This document shows positions 35,206 through 45,688 of a DNA stretch of 64,000 nt, piece after piece; the first letter of the stretch is position 1, and each line of letters opens with the position of its first letter. Both the position numbers and the translations under genes were made by a program. Where the stretch lies: positions 2,966 through 66,965 of the IMG/VR virus record IMGVR_UViG_3300027029_000001; one strand, given 5' to 3'. This stretch comes from a virus. Taxonomy: Duplodnaviria; Caudoviricetes. The notes beneath the pieces were generated by a model, which worked only from the letters and a program-made list of their open reading frames with translations, was not told the origin of the DNA and did not search any database.

Positions 35206-35732
35206 GCGCCGTTCGCAGTGTCTTCGAGCGCGCCGCCGAGGCGAAGCCTGTTGCTGGGCCGACCTCGCGTCCCGATGGCGTGCGGATCGCTGTTAAAGCT
35301 GACGAAAGGGCGCTCTTCGATTTGCTGATGACCCGTGCGGCCGAGGAAAATTCGATGGCTCCGGTCAACGAATTCAAGGTGCTCAATGGCATTCAGGTTG
35401 CCACGGAGCGCAAGGGCGGCGTGATCGGCATTATCGACACGGCCGATGGCGAGGTTGCCGCATCGGTGTGCCTGGTCATGGCGCAGTTGTGGTACACCGA
35501 ATCCTGGCACTACGAAGACCTCTGGTGCTACGTGCATCCCGATCACCGCAAGGGAGCCAACAATTACGCACAGCGGCTTATCCAATTCGCAAAGTGGTTC
35601 GGCGAGCAAGCCGGTTGCCCCGTGCTTCTGGGGGTCGCGTCCACTACGCGGACATTGGGGAAGATCAGGCTATACTCTCGCAACATCCCGCTGATCGGGG
35701 CCGCGTTCTTGTGGCGAGGGGCAAATGGGTAA
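35202..35732 (+). CDS. GNAT-fold-like protein preceding ejection genes
   Basis: VRIAVKADE...YEDLWCYVHPDHRKG...LIQFAK. Confidence 0.65.
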   Translation: MSAVRSVFERAAEAKPVAGPTSRPDGVRIAVKADERALFDLLMTRAAEENSMAPVNEFKVLNGIQVATERKGGVIGIIDTADGEVAASVCLVMAQLWYTESWHYEDLWCYVHPDHRKGANNYAQRLIQFAKWFGEQAGCPVLLGVASTTRTLGKIRLYSRNIPLIGAAFLWRGANG

Positions 35733-38700
35733 AGGGAGCGGCGGGGGCAGCACCAATACGGTTGTACAGAATTCCCAGCCGCCGCAGCAATTCCTCAACG
35801 CATACCAAAATGCCGTCACGCAGGCGCAGGGCGTCGCATCGACCCCGTACCAGCCGTATGGCGGCCAAATCGTAGCGCCGCTGACGGGCTCCCAGCAGGC
35901 CGCAATCGCGAACGCCCCGTCCAGCTCGGGCAACTGGTCGCCTTTCGCGGGGAGTGCCCAGGCTTATTTGGGGCAAGCAAACGGCACGAATTTTGCCAAT
36001 ACTTATGCGACATACGACAATGCCGCACAGTCCGACCTAGGGCAGGCAACCGGCACGAATTTTGCCAATACTTATGCGCCGTATGGGAGCGACGTACAGT
36101 CCTACCTGGAGCAGGCAACCGGCACGAATTTTGCCAATACTTATGCGCCGTATGCAGGCGACGCGATGAACAGTATCGGCGCGGCATCGACGCCGTTTAA
36201 TCAGAATGTAAACAGTTACTTAAGCCCTTATATCGGGGATGTCGTCAATTCCACGGAGCAACAGTTCAACAACCAGAATGCGATTCAGCAGTCGCAGGTA
36301 CAGGGGAATGCCGTCTCTCAAGGCGCTTGGGGCGGCGACCGATCGGCCGTAGCGCAGGGCATTGTCGCGGGTCAGCAACAGGCGAACGAGGCTCCCGTTA
36401 TTGCGGGGCTCTATAATTCCGGTTACGGGCAGGCAATGAGCGCCGCCGAGGCGCAGGGGCAACTCAACCTGGGAGTGGCTCAGACGGCGGGGCAGATCGG
36501 CTCGCAGGCGGTAAATGCCCAGGAGGCCAATGCATCCCTGGCAAGCACGGCGGCATCTCAAGAGGCCCAACTAGGCTCGCAGGCGGTAAATGCCCAGGAG
36601 GCCAATGCATCCCTGGCAAGCACGGCGGCATCTCAAGAGGCCCAGCTCGGCTCGCAAATGACGAATGCGCAGGAGGCCAATGCCTGGTTGGCAAGCAATG
36701 CCGCTTCGCAGGAAGGCCAGCTCGGGCTGGAAAACTTCAACGTCGACCAGGGTACCCTCAGTCAGGAGATGCAGTTCGGCAGTCTGGCCCAGGCGCAAAA
36801 TCAAGCAGAGCTCAATGTTCCTTACGAGCAATATCAAGCCAGTCAGGCGTACCCGTTCCAGACGGCGGGGTGGCTCGCCAACATCGAGGAGGGGATAGGG
36901 TCGGGGGCTGGCGGAACGTCGCAGACGACGAGTCCGGGCGCTTCGCCGGTCAGCCAGGCGCTCGGCTTGGGCGTTGGCGGCCTCGGCATCCTCGGCGCCA
37001 CGGGTGCGTTCGGGTCGTCGGGCTATCTGACCGGCGCGGGGGGACTTCTCAGCGGCCTCGGCGGTGCTGCGGATGCCGGGGCTTTCGACCCGGCGTTGGC
37101 TGCCGGCATTGGCGGCGCTGCCGATGCCGATTTCTCCGGCGGCCTCCTCGGGCTCGGCGCTGCCGCACTGCGAAGGGGTGGCCGCATTCCCCGTCGCGAC
37201 GACGGCGGCTCGATAGCCGATTCCGGGACGGCAGCACTCCTGAATGCGATCAGCGCCACCGGGAAGGCCGATGTCGATGCGCTGCGTCGGGGCGGGATCG
37301 TGCGTCGGCAGGGCGGCGGCGATGTGCCGACCCAGATTGGCGCGATGCCGTATCAGCAGATGCCGCAGTCGTCCGACGTGCCGAATGTCGGCATCTCGAT
37401 CGTGCCGCAATTGCCGCAGATGCGCGGCGGGACCGGGCCTCCGCGACCGCCGCAAGCGGCCCCGAACACATCGAACCTGACGCCGCAGGGCATCATGGGG
37501 ATGCTTCAACAGTCGGGCGGCTTTGGGCAGAACGGGTGGCTTGGGCAATTATCGTCCGGCATCCAGGGGTCGCGCCGTGGCGGAGGGGTCGCGCCGCCGC
37601 GCTACCAGGATGGCGGCGACCTTGTGTCCGGGCTGCCGGCGCCCGATCAGCCGACCTATCTCGGAATCTCACCGGACATGCGTTCCGGCAGCGGCCCTCC
37701 GGCCCCGGCAGCGGCACCCGCGCCTTCGGTTCCCGCGTCGGGTCAAAGCGGTGCGGCACCGGCGATACCGGCAGCAGCCCCGCTTGCCGACGTCATCAGC
37801 GGCGGCGGTTTGGGACCGTTGGTCAACCAGGTCATCCGCAACGAGGGTGGCTCGCCCAAAGGCGTCGCCAACAACCCCGGCAACATCAAGTTCGCCGGCC
37901 TTCCCGGTCAGGCGGACAGCGGCGTGCGCGCGACGGATGGCGGCACGTTCGCGTCTTATGCGTCTCCCGAGGACGGCCGCAACGCGGTCGCGCAACTGGC
38001 GATCAATGCCGCGCAAGGCGCCTCGCCGTCCTACGGAAAGAGCCCGACCGTCGCCTCTTTCATGGACACTTACGAGGGCCACCCGGAAGGCGCCCGCGCA
38101 TCGCAGACGGCCGTTAGAGAGCCGCCGAGCAATGGCCCGTTGGGAACGGCGCCCCCAGGAGCGCCCCCGCTTGAAGCGCCAGTTACCAGCGAGCCGGGCG
38201 CAGGCATCGTTCCGTCTTCGATGCCGTCCGGAGGCATTTCCGGCCAGCCAGCCGGCATGTACTCGCCAGGCGTCAACCCGTGGCTGGCGCTCGCGGCGGC
38301 GGGGTTCGCGACGGCTGCCGGCCGCTCCCCGCAGGCGTTGCAGAATATCGGCGCTGGCATGCTGACCGGGGTGCAGACGCTCGAAAGCGAGCGGGCGGCC
38401 CTCCCCGAGCAGCAGCTGAGGCTGGCGCAAGGCCAGATGGCGAATCTCCAGGTCCAGAACGCGCAGGCAATGCGGGCCCATTTCAACGGTCAGCATGCCG
38501 ACCCGTCGCCGGTCGCCGACCAGCTTGACCGGAACATCGACGCGGCCCGCACAGGTATCGCGAAGTCCGGCGAGACGCAGGCCGTCTCGACGCCGACAGG
38601 TGCGATGGCACCTCTCGCCGGCACGATGCAAGGGACGCCGTTGTCGGCTGACGAACAGGCAATGTCCGGTCAAGTGCAAAGCCAGATCGCCAATATCGAC

Positions 38701-39825
38701 CGGATCATCGCCCAGCAGTCCGATTTGGCACGGTTTGCGACGACGCCTGAGCAGATGAGCTCGATGCAGGCGAATTTGGCAAATCTGGCAATCCGGCGCT
38801 CGGAACTGTTGAAGGAAGACCCGGCCTATCTAAGGGCTGCCTCTCAAGCCGAGGGCGAAGGAAAGGTCGGGCCGGCGATCCAGCAGGCTGCCGGCGAGGC
38901 TGCCGCCAAGCTGCCGTACACGGTCACGACCGCGCGGCCGGGCAGCTATATTCTTCAGGGCGGTCAGCCGGTGGCTGCTACGCCGCTTCAGCGGCCGGCG
39001 ATCGACCCGGCGACCGGCAATGAGTATCCGCGTTTTGTGACGCCGCCGTTGCCAGGGCAGGTCGCTCCGACAGCTACAGGTGCGTCTCCTTCTCCGGCTG
39101 GCGCGCAGGGCGCCCCTCCCAATGGCTCGGCGGCGGCCGGCATTGCGCCGGGTGAGGTTCCGAGCAAGCTGGGTGTCGGACCCGAGACGGCGCTTCGTGA
39201 GCGCGCCGAGGCAGAACAGAAAGACCGCCAGGAGACGATCGAAGGCGGCGAGTCTGCGCAGACGCAACAGGCCATCCTGTCCAGACTGAAGGACGACGCG
39301 CCGCAGTTCACTCAGGGGCCGTTCGCCGGCTACACGCAGACCGCCAACACCTATCTGCGTGCGCTGTTCGGCACGCAGGCCCCGCAGGTCGCTTCGTATG
39401 AGGATTTTGTCAAGAACGCGGGCTCGTTGACCCGCGCGGCCGTGCGGGAAACGTCATCGCGCGCGGCGGTTCAGGAATTTCGGCTGATCGACGCGACCTT
39501 GCCGAGCCCCGAGATGTCGCCGCAAGGGCTGCAACAGGTCATCAACGAGTATCAGGGCCTGAACGACTTTAAGCTCGCCAAGGTGCAGGCTCAGCAGCAA
39601 TGGGAGCAGCAGCACGGCGGCATCGGAAATGTTCAGGGTTTCGAGACAGACTGGCAGGCGAAAGTCTCGCCCTATGCCTTCGTGTTCAATCGGATGGACC
39701 CTGCCGAGCAAACCGGTCTTGTCAGCCGGTTAAGCGCGACGCCTGACGGTCGCACAGAACTGAGCCATCTTGCTCAGCAGCTTCAATACGCCAAAAGCGC
39801 CGGGTTGGAGCCCTATATTCAGTGA
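35725..39825 (+). CDS. DNA ejection/pilot protein with internal muralytic domain
   Basis: MGKGSGGGSTNTVVQ pilot-type start; IRNEGG...NNPGNIK...FASYASPEDG lysozyme-like segment. Confidence 0.8.
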   Translation: MGKGSGGGSTNTVVQNSQPPQQFLNAYQNAVTQAQGVASTPYQPYGGQIVAPLTGSQQAAIANAPSSSGNWSPFAGSAQAYLGQANGTNFANTYATYDNAAQSDLGQATGTNFANTYAPYGSDVQSYLEQATGTNFANTYAPYAGDAMNSIGAASTPFNQNVNSYLSPYIGDVVNSTEQQFNNQNAIQQSQVQGNAVSQGAWGGDRSAVAQGIVAGQQQANEAPVIAGLYNSGYGQAMSAAEAQGQLNLGVAQTAGQIGSQAVNAQEANASLASTAASQEAQLGSQAVNAQEANASLASTAASQEAQLGSQMTNAQEANAWLASNAASQEGQLGLENFNVDQGTLSQEMQFGSLAQAQNQAELNVPYEQYQASQAYPFQTAGWLANIEEGIGSGAGGTSQTTSPGASPVSQALGLGVGGLGILGATGAFGSSGYLTGAGGLLSGLGGAADAGAFDPALAAGIGGAADADFSGGLLGLGAAALRRGGRIPRRDDGGSIADSGTAALLNAISATGKADVDALRRGGIVRRQGGGDVPTQIGAMPYQQMPQSSDVPNVGISIVPQLPQMRGGTGPPRPPQAAPNTSNLTPQGIMGMLQQSGGFGQNGWLGQLSSGIQGSRRGGGVAPPRYQDGGDLVSGLPAPDQPTYLGISPDMRSGSGPPAPAAAPAPSVPASGQSGAAPAIPAAAPLADVISGGGLGPLVNQVIRNEGGSPKGVANNPGNIKFAGLPGQADSGVRATDGGTFASYASPEDGRNAVAQLAINAAQGASPSYGKSPTVASFMDTYEGHPEGARASQTAVREPPSNGPLGTAPPGAPPLEAPVTSEPGAGIVPSSMPSGGISGQPAGMYSPGVNPWLALAAAGFATAAGRSPQALQNIGAGMLTGVQTLESERAALPEQQLRLAQGQMANLQVQNAQAMRAHFNGQHADPSPVADQLDRNIDAARTGIAKSGETQAVSTPTGAMAPLAGTMQGTPLSADEQAMSGQVQSQIANIDRIIAQQSDLARFATTPEQMSSMQANLANLAIRRSELLKEDPAYLRAASQAEGEGKVGPAIQQAAGEAAAKLPYTVTTARPGSYILQGGQPVAATPLQRPAIDPATGNEYPRFVTPPLPGQVAPTATGASPSPAGAQGAPPNGSAAAGIAPGEVPSKLGVGPETALRERAEAEQKDRQETIEGGESAQTQQAILSRLKDDAPQFTQGPFAGYTQTANTYLRALFGTQAPQVASYEDFVKNAGSLTRAAVRETSSRAAVQEFRLIDATLPSPEMSPQGLQQVINEYQGLNDFKLAKVQAQQQWEQQHGGIGNVQGFETDWQAKVSPYAFVFNRMDPAEQTGLVSRLSATPDGRTELSHLAQQLQYAKSAGLEPYIQ
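35983..36147 (+). repeat. Coding tandem repeat, 3 x 69 bp
   Basis: ggcacgaattttgccaatacttatgcg at 35983, 36052, 36121. Confidence 0.9.
36499..36723 (+). repeat. Coding tandem repeat, 3 x 75 bp
   Basis: GSQAVNAQEANASLASTAASQEAQL units at 36499, 36574, 36649. Confidence 0.9.
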
Positions 39826-41870
39826 GCTTTGACGACGCGCTCGCCGCGATCAACGCGGGGCTTGTTCAGCCGCCCCCTAATGGTGGCGCCGCTCCTGCGC
39901 CCGCACCGCCGCAAAGCAGCATCGACCGCTCGCTGAGCATCTTGCAGGGCGCTCTCTCGCAGCCAGCCCAGAATCCCGCGCCCGCCGCCTCCAATGCACC
40001 CTCTTCGCCGCCGCAACGGCCGATTGGTGCTGCCGCGAGCATGGGCGAGGGAGTGATGGACACGCTCGCCGCCGGCGTGCAGGGAACCTCGCCCGTCGTC
40101 GGGACGGCGACTGGGCAGGCAAACTACCAGCCGGCTTCCGATCAGGATCAGTGGACCTTTCGCGAAACCGGACAGGTGCCGAACCAGCAGACGCAGGTGG
40201 CGCTCCGCAATCCCGCGACCGGCCAGTATCAGGTCTACCAGCGTAATCCCGCGATGGCGGAAGGTGCGGCACCGGCAGTCGGGCGCATGCTCGCTCTTGG
40301 TGTTCCCGAGGGCGGCATTCCGAACGTCGCGGATCAAACGCTGTCACGCACTCAGGCGCTGCTGCAGGATTTCCAACGCTCGGGGGTGGCGCCGAACATC
40401 CCGACGATCGCGCAGGGTCCGGCCTCCGGCTATGCGGCGTCGATCATGAGCAAGCTGCCGGGCTTTGCCGGGCCAATCGTGCGCGGCACGCAAAATATGG
40501 CGGCGCAGACCGGCAATGCCGCCGAGCGCATCGCCTCCGGCATGGGGCAGGCCGTCAACCCGGAAGAGGCCGGCGAGGCGGCACAGCAAGGCATCGCGAG
40601 TTTCGCGAAAGCTCCGGCCCCCGCAGGGATGACGGCAGGCGACATTATCGCATCGCCGACCCGCGCCTCCAGTTTCGCCGCTAAGTCGGGCGCGCTCTAC
40701 GACCGCTTCTGGTCGCAGATGGACCCGAATGCCCAAATCCCGCTGACGAATACGATGGCGGCATTACAAGGGCCGTCAAATCGGTTTCCAACGATTCCCC
40801 AACTTGGAGGCCAGATCACAAACCCAAAGCTGGCATCGCTTTATCAAACAGTATCGCCGAAAATGACAACAATCCCTCCCATGATTTCATCGATCGTTGA
40901 TCAAAGCGGCAACCCCATTGTTATGCAGGCAGCGCAAAAAATTCAATCGGGCGGCACATTGACGGTGCCCGAGCTTCAGGAATTCCGCTCGTTCATTGGC
41001 CGTTCGCTCAGCGATCCGATGCTGGTCAACGATATCCCGCGAGCGGACCTGTCGCGCGTCTATGCTGGGATGTCGCAGGACTTGGGAAATGCTGCGCAGG
41101 CGCAAGGGCCGTCTGCCGCCCGCGCCTTTCAGGCGGCAAACAACTACTACAAGGCAGGGCAGCAGCGCATCGACCAGATCGAGCCGTTGCTGTCGGGCTC
41201 GCCCGAGCAGACCTTTGCGAAGATCAACCGCGCTGCGGGCCAAGGGGCGTCGGCAAATGCCGGGCTTCTCACCTCGCTACAGCGGTCGATGCCGCCTGAC
41301 GACTGGGGAAATGTCGGAGCCGCCGTGATGCGCCGGATGGGCGAGCCCACGCCCGGCGCCAAGGATGTCGTTCACGGCAGCGACTTTTCGCCCGCGAGCT
41401 TCGTCACGAATTGGAACAAGCTGTCCGACAGCGCGAAGGACACGCTCTTCGGAGCGGAAGGAACGGCGCAGCGCGACAACATCGAGGCGCTGACGCGTGT
41501 GGCCGGGGCGCAGAAGAACGCGACCCGATTTGCCAACCTGTCCGGCACGGCTCACATGGGAGCGGTCGGAGCGGAAGCCGGGATAGGTTCCTCTCTCATG
41601 TTCGAGCACGGCGAGGAGCTTCTTCACCATCCGATCGCAACAGTGATGGCGCTCGCTGGGGGTTACGCCGCTCCCCGGATGCTGATGAGTCCAGCGGCTG
41701 CTCAGTGGCTTTATCGGCTTCCTTCGGTGATAAATTCTGGGAACACGCCCGCGCAAGGCGTACAGCGGGCACTTGGGGCGCTAGACACTATTGCGAGGAC
41801 AGACCCGGCATTGGTTCCTGTCGCTGGGAATTTACGAACCGCACTTTCGCCTAACGGCCAGAATCAATGA
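39822..41870 (+). CDS. Internal virion / ejection protein
   Basis: 682 aa, Ala/Gln-rich, GTGA overlap, follows pilot protein. Confidence 0.7.
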   Translation: MSFDDALAAINAGLVQPPPNGGAAPAPAPPQSSIDRSLSILQGALSQPAQNPAPAASNAPSSPPQRPIGAAASMGEGVMDTLAAGVQGTSPVVGTATGQANYQPASDQDQWTFRETGQVPNQQTQVALRNPATGQYQVYQRNPAMAEGAAPAVGRMLALGVPEGGIPNVADQTLSRTQALLQDFQRSGVAPNIPTIAQGPASGYAASIMSKLPGFAGPIVRGTQNMAAQTGNAAERIASGMGQAVNPEEAGEAAQQGIASFAKAPAPAGMTAGDIIASPTRASSFAAKSGALYDRFWSQMDPNAQIPLTNTMAALQGPSNRFPTIPQLGGQITNPKLASLYQTVSPKMTTIPPMISSIVDQSGNPIVMQAAQKIQSGGTLTVPELQEFRSFIGRSLSDPMLVNDIPRADLSRVYAGMSQDLGNAAQAQGPSAARAFQAANNYYKAGQQRIDQIEPLLSGSPEQTFAKINRAAGQGASANAGLLTSLQRSMPPDDWGNVGAAVMRRMGEPTPGAKDVVHGSDFSPASFVTNWNKLSDSAKDTLFGAEGTAQRDNIEALTRVAGAQKNATRFANLSGTAHMGAVGAEAGIGSSLMFEHGEELLHHPIATVMALAGGYAAPRMLMSPAAAQWLYRLPSVINSGNTPAQGVQRALGALDTIARTDPALVPVAGNLRTALSPNGQNQ

Positions 41871-42078
41871 GTCTGGCAACATGAGAAATGATGTTTACTG
41901 CCCATATTCCAAACAAAGCCATCAGTATTATGGGCCACGCCAGAATAAACGCAGCATATATCGTGTAGAGCGCCATGAATGCATGGAGAGCGATGTTTTG
42001 GAACGTTCCGAATATCAGGAGGTAGCCGAAGGCAGCGAGTCCGATGCCGATGCCCCAATTTGCGATTTTAACGCGCAC
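41851..42078 (-). CDS. Small membrane moron protein
   Basis: Two to three hydrophobic helices; AT-rich; antisense to the operon. Confidence 0.6.
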   Translation of the reverse strand: MRVKIANWGIGIGLAAFGYLLIFGTFQNIALHAFMALYTIYAAFILAWPIILMALFGIWAVNIISHVARLIDSGR

Positions 42079-42203
42079 GATGCCTCCACATGGAACGGAC
42101 CAGAGGTGGTGGCGACACGATTTGCGGTCAACGGGAACAAAACGCGGAAACTGTCTCGTTTGGCTTGCGTTCCCAGGAATCTGTTTTACTACCTAGGAAT
42201 AGC

Positions 42204-42555
42204 GAGCCGGCCCGAGGGGTCAAAACTCCACCCTCAAAGGCCGGCTCTGGAGATCAGTCGTGGTGGCGGCCTGATTTCCTGTCGGGGATATACGCGATGA
42301 TCCCGCGTCTCGCAAGCCTCGAATGCCCGATCGCTGCTCACGGTCGCCCATGCTCCCGTAAATTGAAGCGTGGTGGAGCAAGCGCTGGAGAGGGCGGGCA
42401 CTTCACCCCGAGAGGGGGCTTCCGACCGCTGTACATCCGACGCCAGCTAGGATTGCGGGCAACACTGCGACGATCCTCGCCTACGGCTTCCTGCGCCAAA
42501 CGGCCGAAAGGTCATAAAGCAGGGGTGAGCGGCTGGTCTCCGTTATCAGACAGCA
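42204..42555 (+). ncRNA. Candidate large structured RNA upstream of portal
   Basis: At least seven stems; GNRA tetraloops GAGA, GCAA, GAAA; G-U pairs consistent with + strand. Confidence 0.55.
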
Positions 42556-42612
42556 GTGCTATACCCTCTAAGCTGGCTCCTCGTCGTGAGGTGAGGATAC
42601 GGAAGGCGGATT

Positions 42613-44811
42613 GTGTCTGAAGCAAAGGGACTCTCGCGGTTTCAGCCTGTCGTCGCGGATGGCGGCGTTGGCACGCCTCGTATTCCGACACAGACAAGCG
42701 CCGACCTGCTGACTCTGCGCCGTGTCGCCGATGAGGTTCGGCGGGTTGCCGACGACATCGAGCCCGCCGAGCCGGAGGGCGGCGAGGACGACGATTTCGA
42801 CCAAAATCTTGCCGAGGACATGGATGCGACGGGGCTTGCCAAGCTGGCGAGCGAATTGCTGCTGGGCATCGACGCGGACCTGAAGTCGCGCGAGCAGTGG
42901 GAGAAGATCACCGAGAAGGCGATCGAGTACCTTGGGTTGATTTTCGAGGGTGCGACCGGGCAGGTTTCACCGCAAGGCAGCATCGCGACCGTCTGGCATA
43001 CCCTTATGCTGGAATCGTCGATCCAATTCTGGGCGAACGCGCAGGCCGAGTTCCTGCCCGCCGAGGGGCCGGTCAAAATCCGCGACGACAAGCTGCCGGC
43101 AACACGCGGCGGAATTGGAGACAACGGCGGCCCTTCGCTCGACGACAGCGAGGATCGGCCGTTTGCGTCGCGGGACGAGAAGTCCGAGGCGCTGGAAACG
43201 CTCTTTAACCATTACCTGACGGTCGGCGACAAGCAGTACTACCGCGACTTCTCGCGGATGCTGTTTGCGCTCGGCCCGATCGGGACGCAATTCCGCAAGG
43301 TCTACTACAACCCATTGCGCCGAATGCCGGTCAGCGAGTGGGTAAAAGCCGAAAACCTGATCGTCTCGAATGACGCGGTTCACCTCGCGACCGCCGGCCG
43401 CGTTACTGAGAGAATCCCGGTCAGGCATGCCGACCTGCGGCGCATGCAGTGGCTTGGGCTATGGCTCAAGCATCCGATCGGGATTCCTGTCGATCGGCCG
43501 ACCGGCATCGAGGAAATAATCGGGCAGGTCGAGGGCATTCAGCCCGGCCCGGAGCTGCCGGCAGACTTCCGGCACACCGTCTACGAATGCTACTGCGAAC
43601 TCAATCTCGCGAACGACGAGCATTTGGACGAGGATGGGGAGCCGACCGGCATTCCCCGACCCTATCGGGTGTCGATCGACAAGGACAGTCGGCGCATCCT
43701 CGAAATCCGCCGCAACTGGCGCAAGGAAGACGAGAATTTCGAAGCACGCCAGCGCTATGTGATGTTCGGGATGATCCCCGGATTCGGCTTCTATTACCTC
43801 GGCTACGTTCATGTGCTCGGCAACACCGAGCGCGCCCTGACGGCGATCGAGCGCGAGATGATCGACGCCGGGATGTTCGCGAGCTTTCCGGGGTTTCTGT
43901 GGAAAAAGGGGGCGCGCCCTGACACGACACAAACGCGTATTCCGCCGGGGGGTGCTCAGGAGGTCAACATCGGAATGGCGGACGACATTCGGAAGGTCGT
44001 CATGCCGGTTCCGTACAAGGACATCTCGCCGCAACTCATGGCGTTAGCCGAGAAGCTGGAAAGCAACGGCCGCAAGCTCGGGTCGATCCTCGAGATGCCG
44101 GTCGGCGAGGGCATGGCGAATGTCCCGGTCGGCACGATCCTGTCGATGATCGAAGAAGGCACCAAGATCGTCGCGGCGGTTCATAAGGGGCTGCATTTCA
44201 GCCGCACCGAGGAATTGCAGCTTCTGAAAGAGCTGATCGCCGAAGACCCGTCGGTTCTGACGCGGGGCAATCCGACGCAGCGCGACCGGGTTATCGACCA
44301 GCAGGAATTCGACGACGCCAATCTGGTGCCGTCGAGCGACCCCAATACGCCGTCGCATATCCACCGGGTCATGCGGGCCACCGCCTATGCGCAGCTCAAG
44401 CAGATTTTCCCTGAGATCAACTCGCCCCTGGCATTGGAGCGTATCCTGCGGATTATCCGCGATCCCGACCCGATGCCGATGATCCTGCCGCAGCAGCCCG
44501 GAGCCGGGCAGCCTGCCCCGCAGGCCATTACTGCGCAGGCCCGCATTCAGACGGCGCAGATTCAGGCGCAGTCCCGGCAACAGTCCGATCTTGTCGATGC
44601 GCAGACGAATGCGGCCGATCGCGCCAGCAAGGAGCGCATTGCCCAGATGGGCGAGATTACTGAGCGGATGAAGGACGCGACCGATGCGCAGACTGAAACA
44701 GCAAAGCTCAATGCCGATCGCCAAGATGCGCAACTTGACCGCGACCATGAAACGGGACTAGAGAGGCAGCGACAGGCACAACCCGGCATTGCGCCGCAGA
44801 GGGTATTTTGA
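42613..44811 (+). CDS. Portal protein
   Basis: DFDQNLAEDMD...LKSREQWE...QAEFLPAEGPVK; 732 aa; begins head operon. Confidence 0.9.
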   Translation: MSEAKGLSRFQPVVADGGVGTPRIPTQTSADLLTLRRVADEVRRVADDIEPAEPEGGEDDDFDQNLAEDMDATGLAKLASELLLGIDADLKSREQWEKITEKAIEYLGLIFEGATGQVSPQGSIATVWHTLMLESSIQFWANAQAEFLPAEGPVKIRDDKLPATRGGIGDNGGPSLDDSEDRPFASRDEKSEALETLFNHYLTVGDKQYYRDFSRMLFALGPIGTQFRKVYYNPLRRMPVSEWVKAENLIVSNDAVHLATAGRVTERIPVRHADLRRMQWLGLWLKHPIGIPVDRPTGIEEIIGQVEGIQPGPELPADFRHTVYECYCELNLANDEHLDEDGEPTGIPRPYRVSIDKDSRRILEIRRNWRKEDENFEARQRYVMFGMIPGFGFYYLGYVHVLGNTERALTAIEREMIDAGMFASFPGFLWKKGARPDTTQTRIPPGGAQEVNIGMADDIRKVVMPVPYKDISPQLMALAEKLESNGRKLGSILEMPVGEGMANVPVGTILSMIEEGTKIVAAVHKGLHFSRTEELQLLKELIAEDPSVLTRGNPTQRDRVIDQQEFDDANLVPSSDPNTPSHIHRVMRATAYAQLKQIFPEINSPLALERILRIIRDPDPMPMILPQQPGAGQPAPQAITAQARIQTAQIQAQSRQQSDLVDAQTNAADRASKERIAQMGEITERMKDATDAQTETAKLNADRQDAQLDRDHETGLERQRQAQPGIAPQRVF

Positions 44812-45026
44812 GTGCAGTTAGTCGCCTCTCGAATGAGGATTATGAGGAAATGAAACGGCTCCTCTGTCCTTATTGCGCCGCGCTTCTGCCGGATATTCTG
44901 GTATGCTGCGGCTCGCAGGAAGGTAGTTTTGAGCATTTTATCCCCAATGCCGGACCCGAGCGTTTCCGGTGCGAGGCGCAAAGATTTAGGCGCGCACGGC
45001 TTCCGCCTGAGGAGACTGAGAAATGA
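44808..45026 (+). CDS. Small CxxC protein
   Basis: LCPYCA; overlaps on both sides. Confidence 0.5.
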   Translation: MSAVSRLSNEDYEEMKRLLCPYCAALLPDILVCCGSQEGSFEHFIPNAGPERFRCEAQRFRRARLPPEETEK

Positions 45027-45688
45027 GTCATCCGCACGAGCATCTTCGCGCCGAAGAGCAAAAGCACGCCGAGCATCACGTTCGGAAGGCCGGCTACAAG
45101 GCGGGAGGTCGCATCTCAGACGAAAAACAGGACCGCAGGCTCGTCGCCGAGGGCGTTCACAAGCACGAGCGCCACGACCACAAAGGCGAGCCGTTGACGC
45201 CACTGCGCGGAGGCGGTTCGGTCAAGGGCCATGCGGGGCGCGCTCGCGCCGACAAGATGGCGCGCGGTGGCGAAGTGAAGAGCCGAGGGCCGGCCAAGAT
45301 CAACATCGTCATTGCGACTGGCGGAGGCGAGCCGGAGCGCCAGATGGCTTTCCGCCAAGGCACGCAGGTCGGGACGCGCCTTGGTGCTGCAGCAGCGCGG
45401 CCACCAATGCCGCCCGGTGCTGGTGTGCCTCCGATGCCGCCGCGCCCGCCAATGGGGGGAATGCCTCCGGGCGGTGCTCCGCCGATGGGGGCGCCCCCGC
45501 CGGGCGCCATGCCGCCGGGTGGCGGAATGATGCCGCCCCCGCGCCCTGGGATGATGAAGCGCGGCGGTGCAGTTCTGACGGCTGGTGCCGGAGGCGGCGA
45601 AGGGCGACTCGAAAAGGCCGGCATGGAAGACAGAGTCAAAGTGCGCGGCCATACGCGGCGAAAGGCAGGCGGCCGTATCTGCGAATGA
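45023..45688 (+). CDS. Basic His/Pro/Gly-rich protein with xGG-hydrophobic repeats
   Basis: KAGGRI, RGGGSV, ARGGEV, KRGGAV. Confidence 0.75.
   Translation: MSHPHEHLRAEEQKHAEHHVRKAGYKAGGRISDEKQDRRLVAEGVHKHERHDHKGEPLTPLRGGGSVKGHAGRARADKMARGGEVKSRGPAKINIVIATGGGEPERQMAFRQGTQVGTRLGAAAARPPMPPGAGVPPMPPRPPMGGMPPGGAPPMGAPPPGAMPPGGGMMPPPRPGMMKRGGAVLTAGAGGGEGRLEKAGMEDRVKVRGHTRRKAGGRICE

Noticed and set aside
35983-36723. CRISPR array
   Set aside because: In-frame coding tandem repeats without unique spacers; no cas genes
42204-42555. Hammerhead ribozyme, group I/II intron, RNase P or tmRNA
   Set aside because: No CUGANGA core, domain V, P7 or P4 consensus, or tmRNA ends recognised
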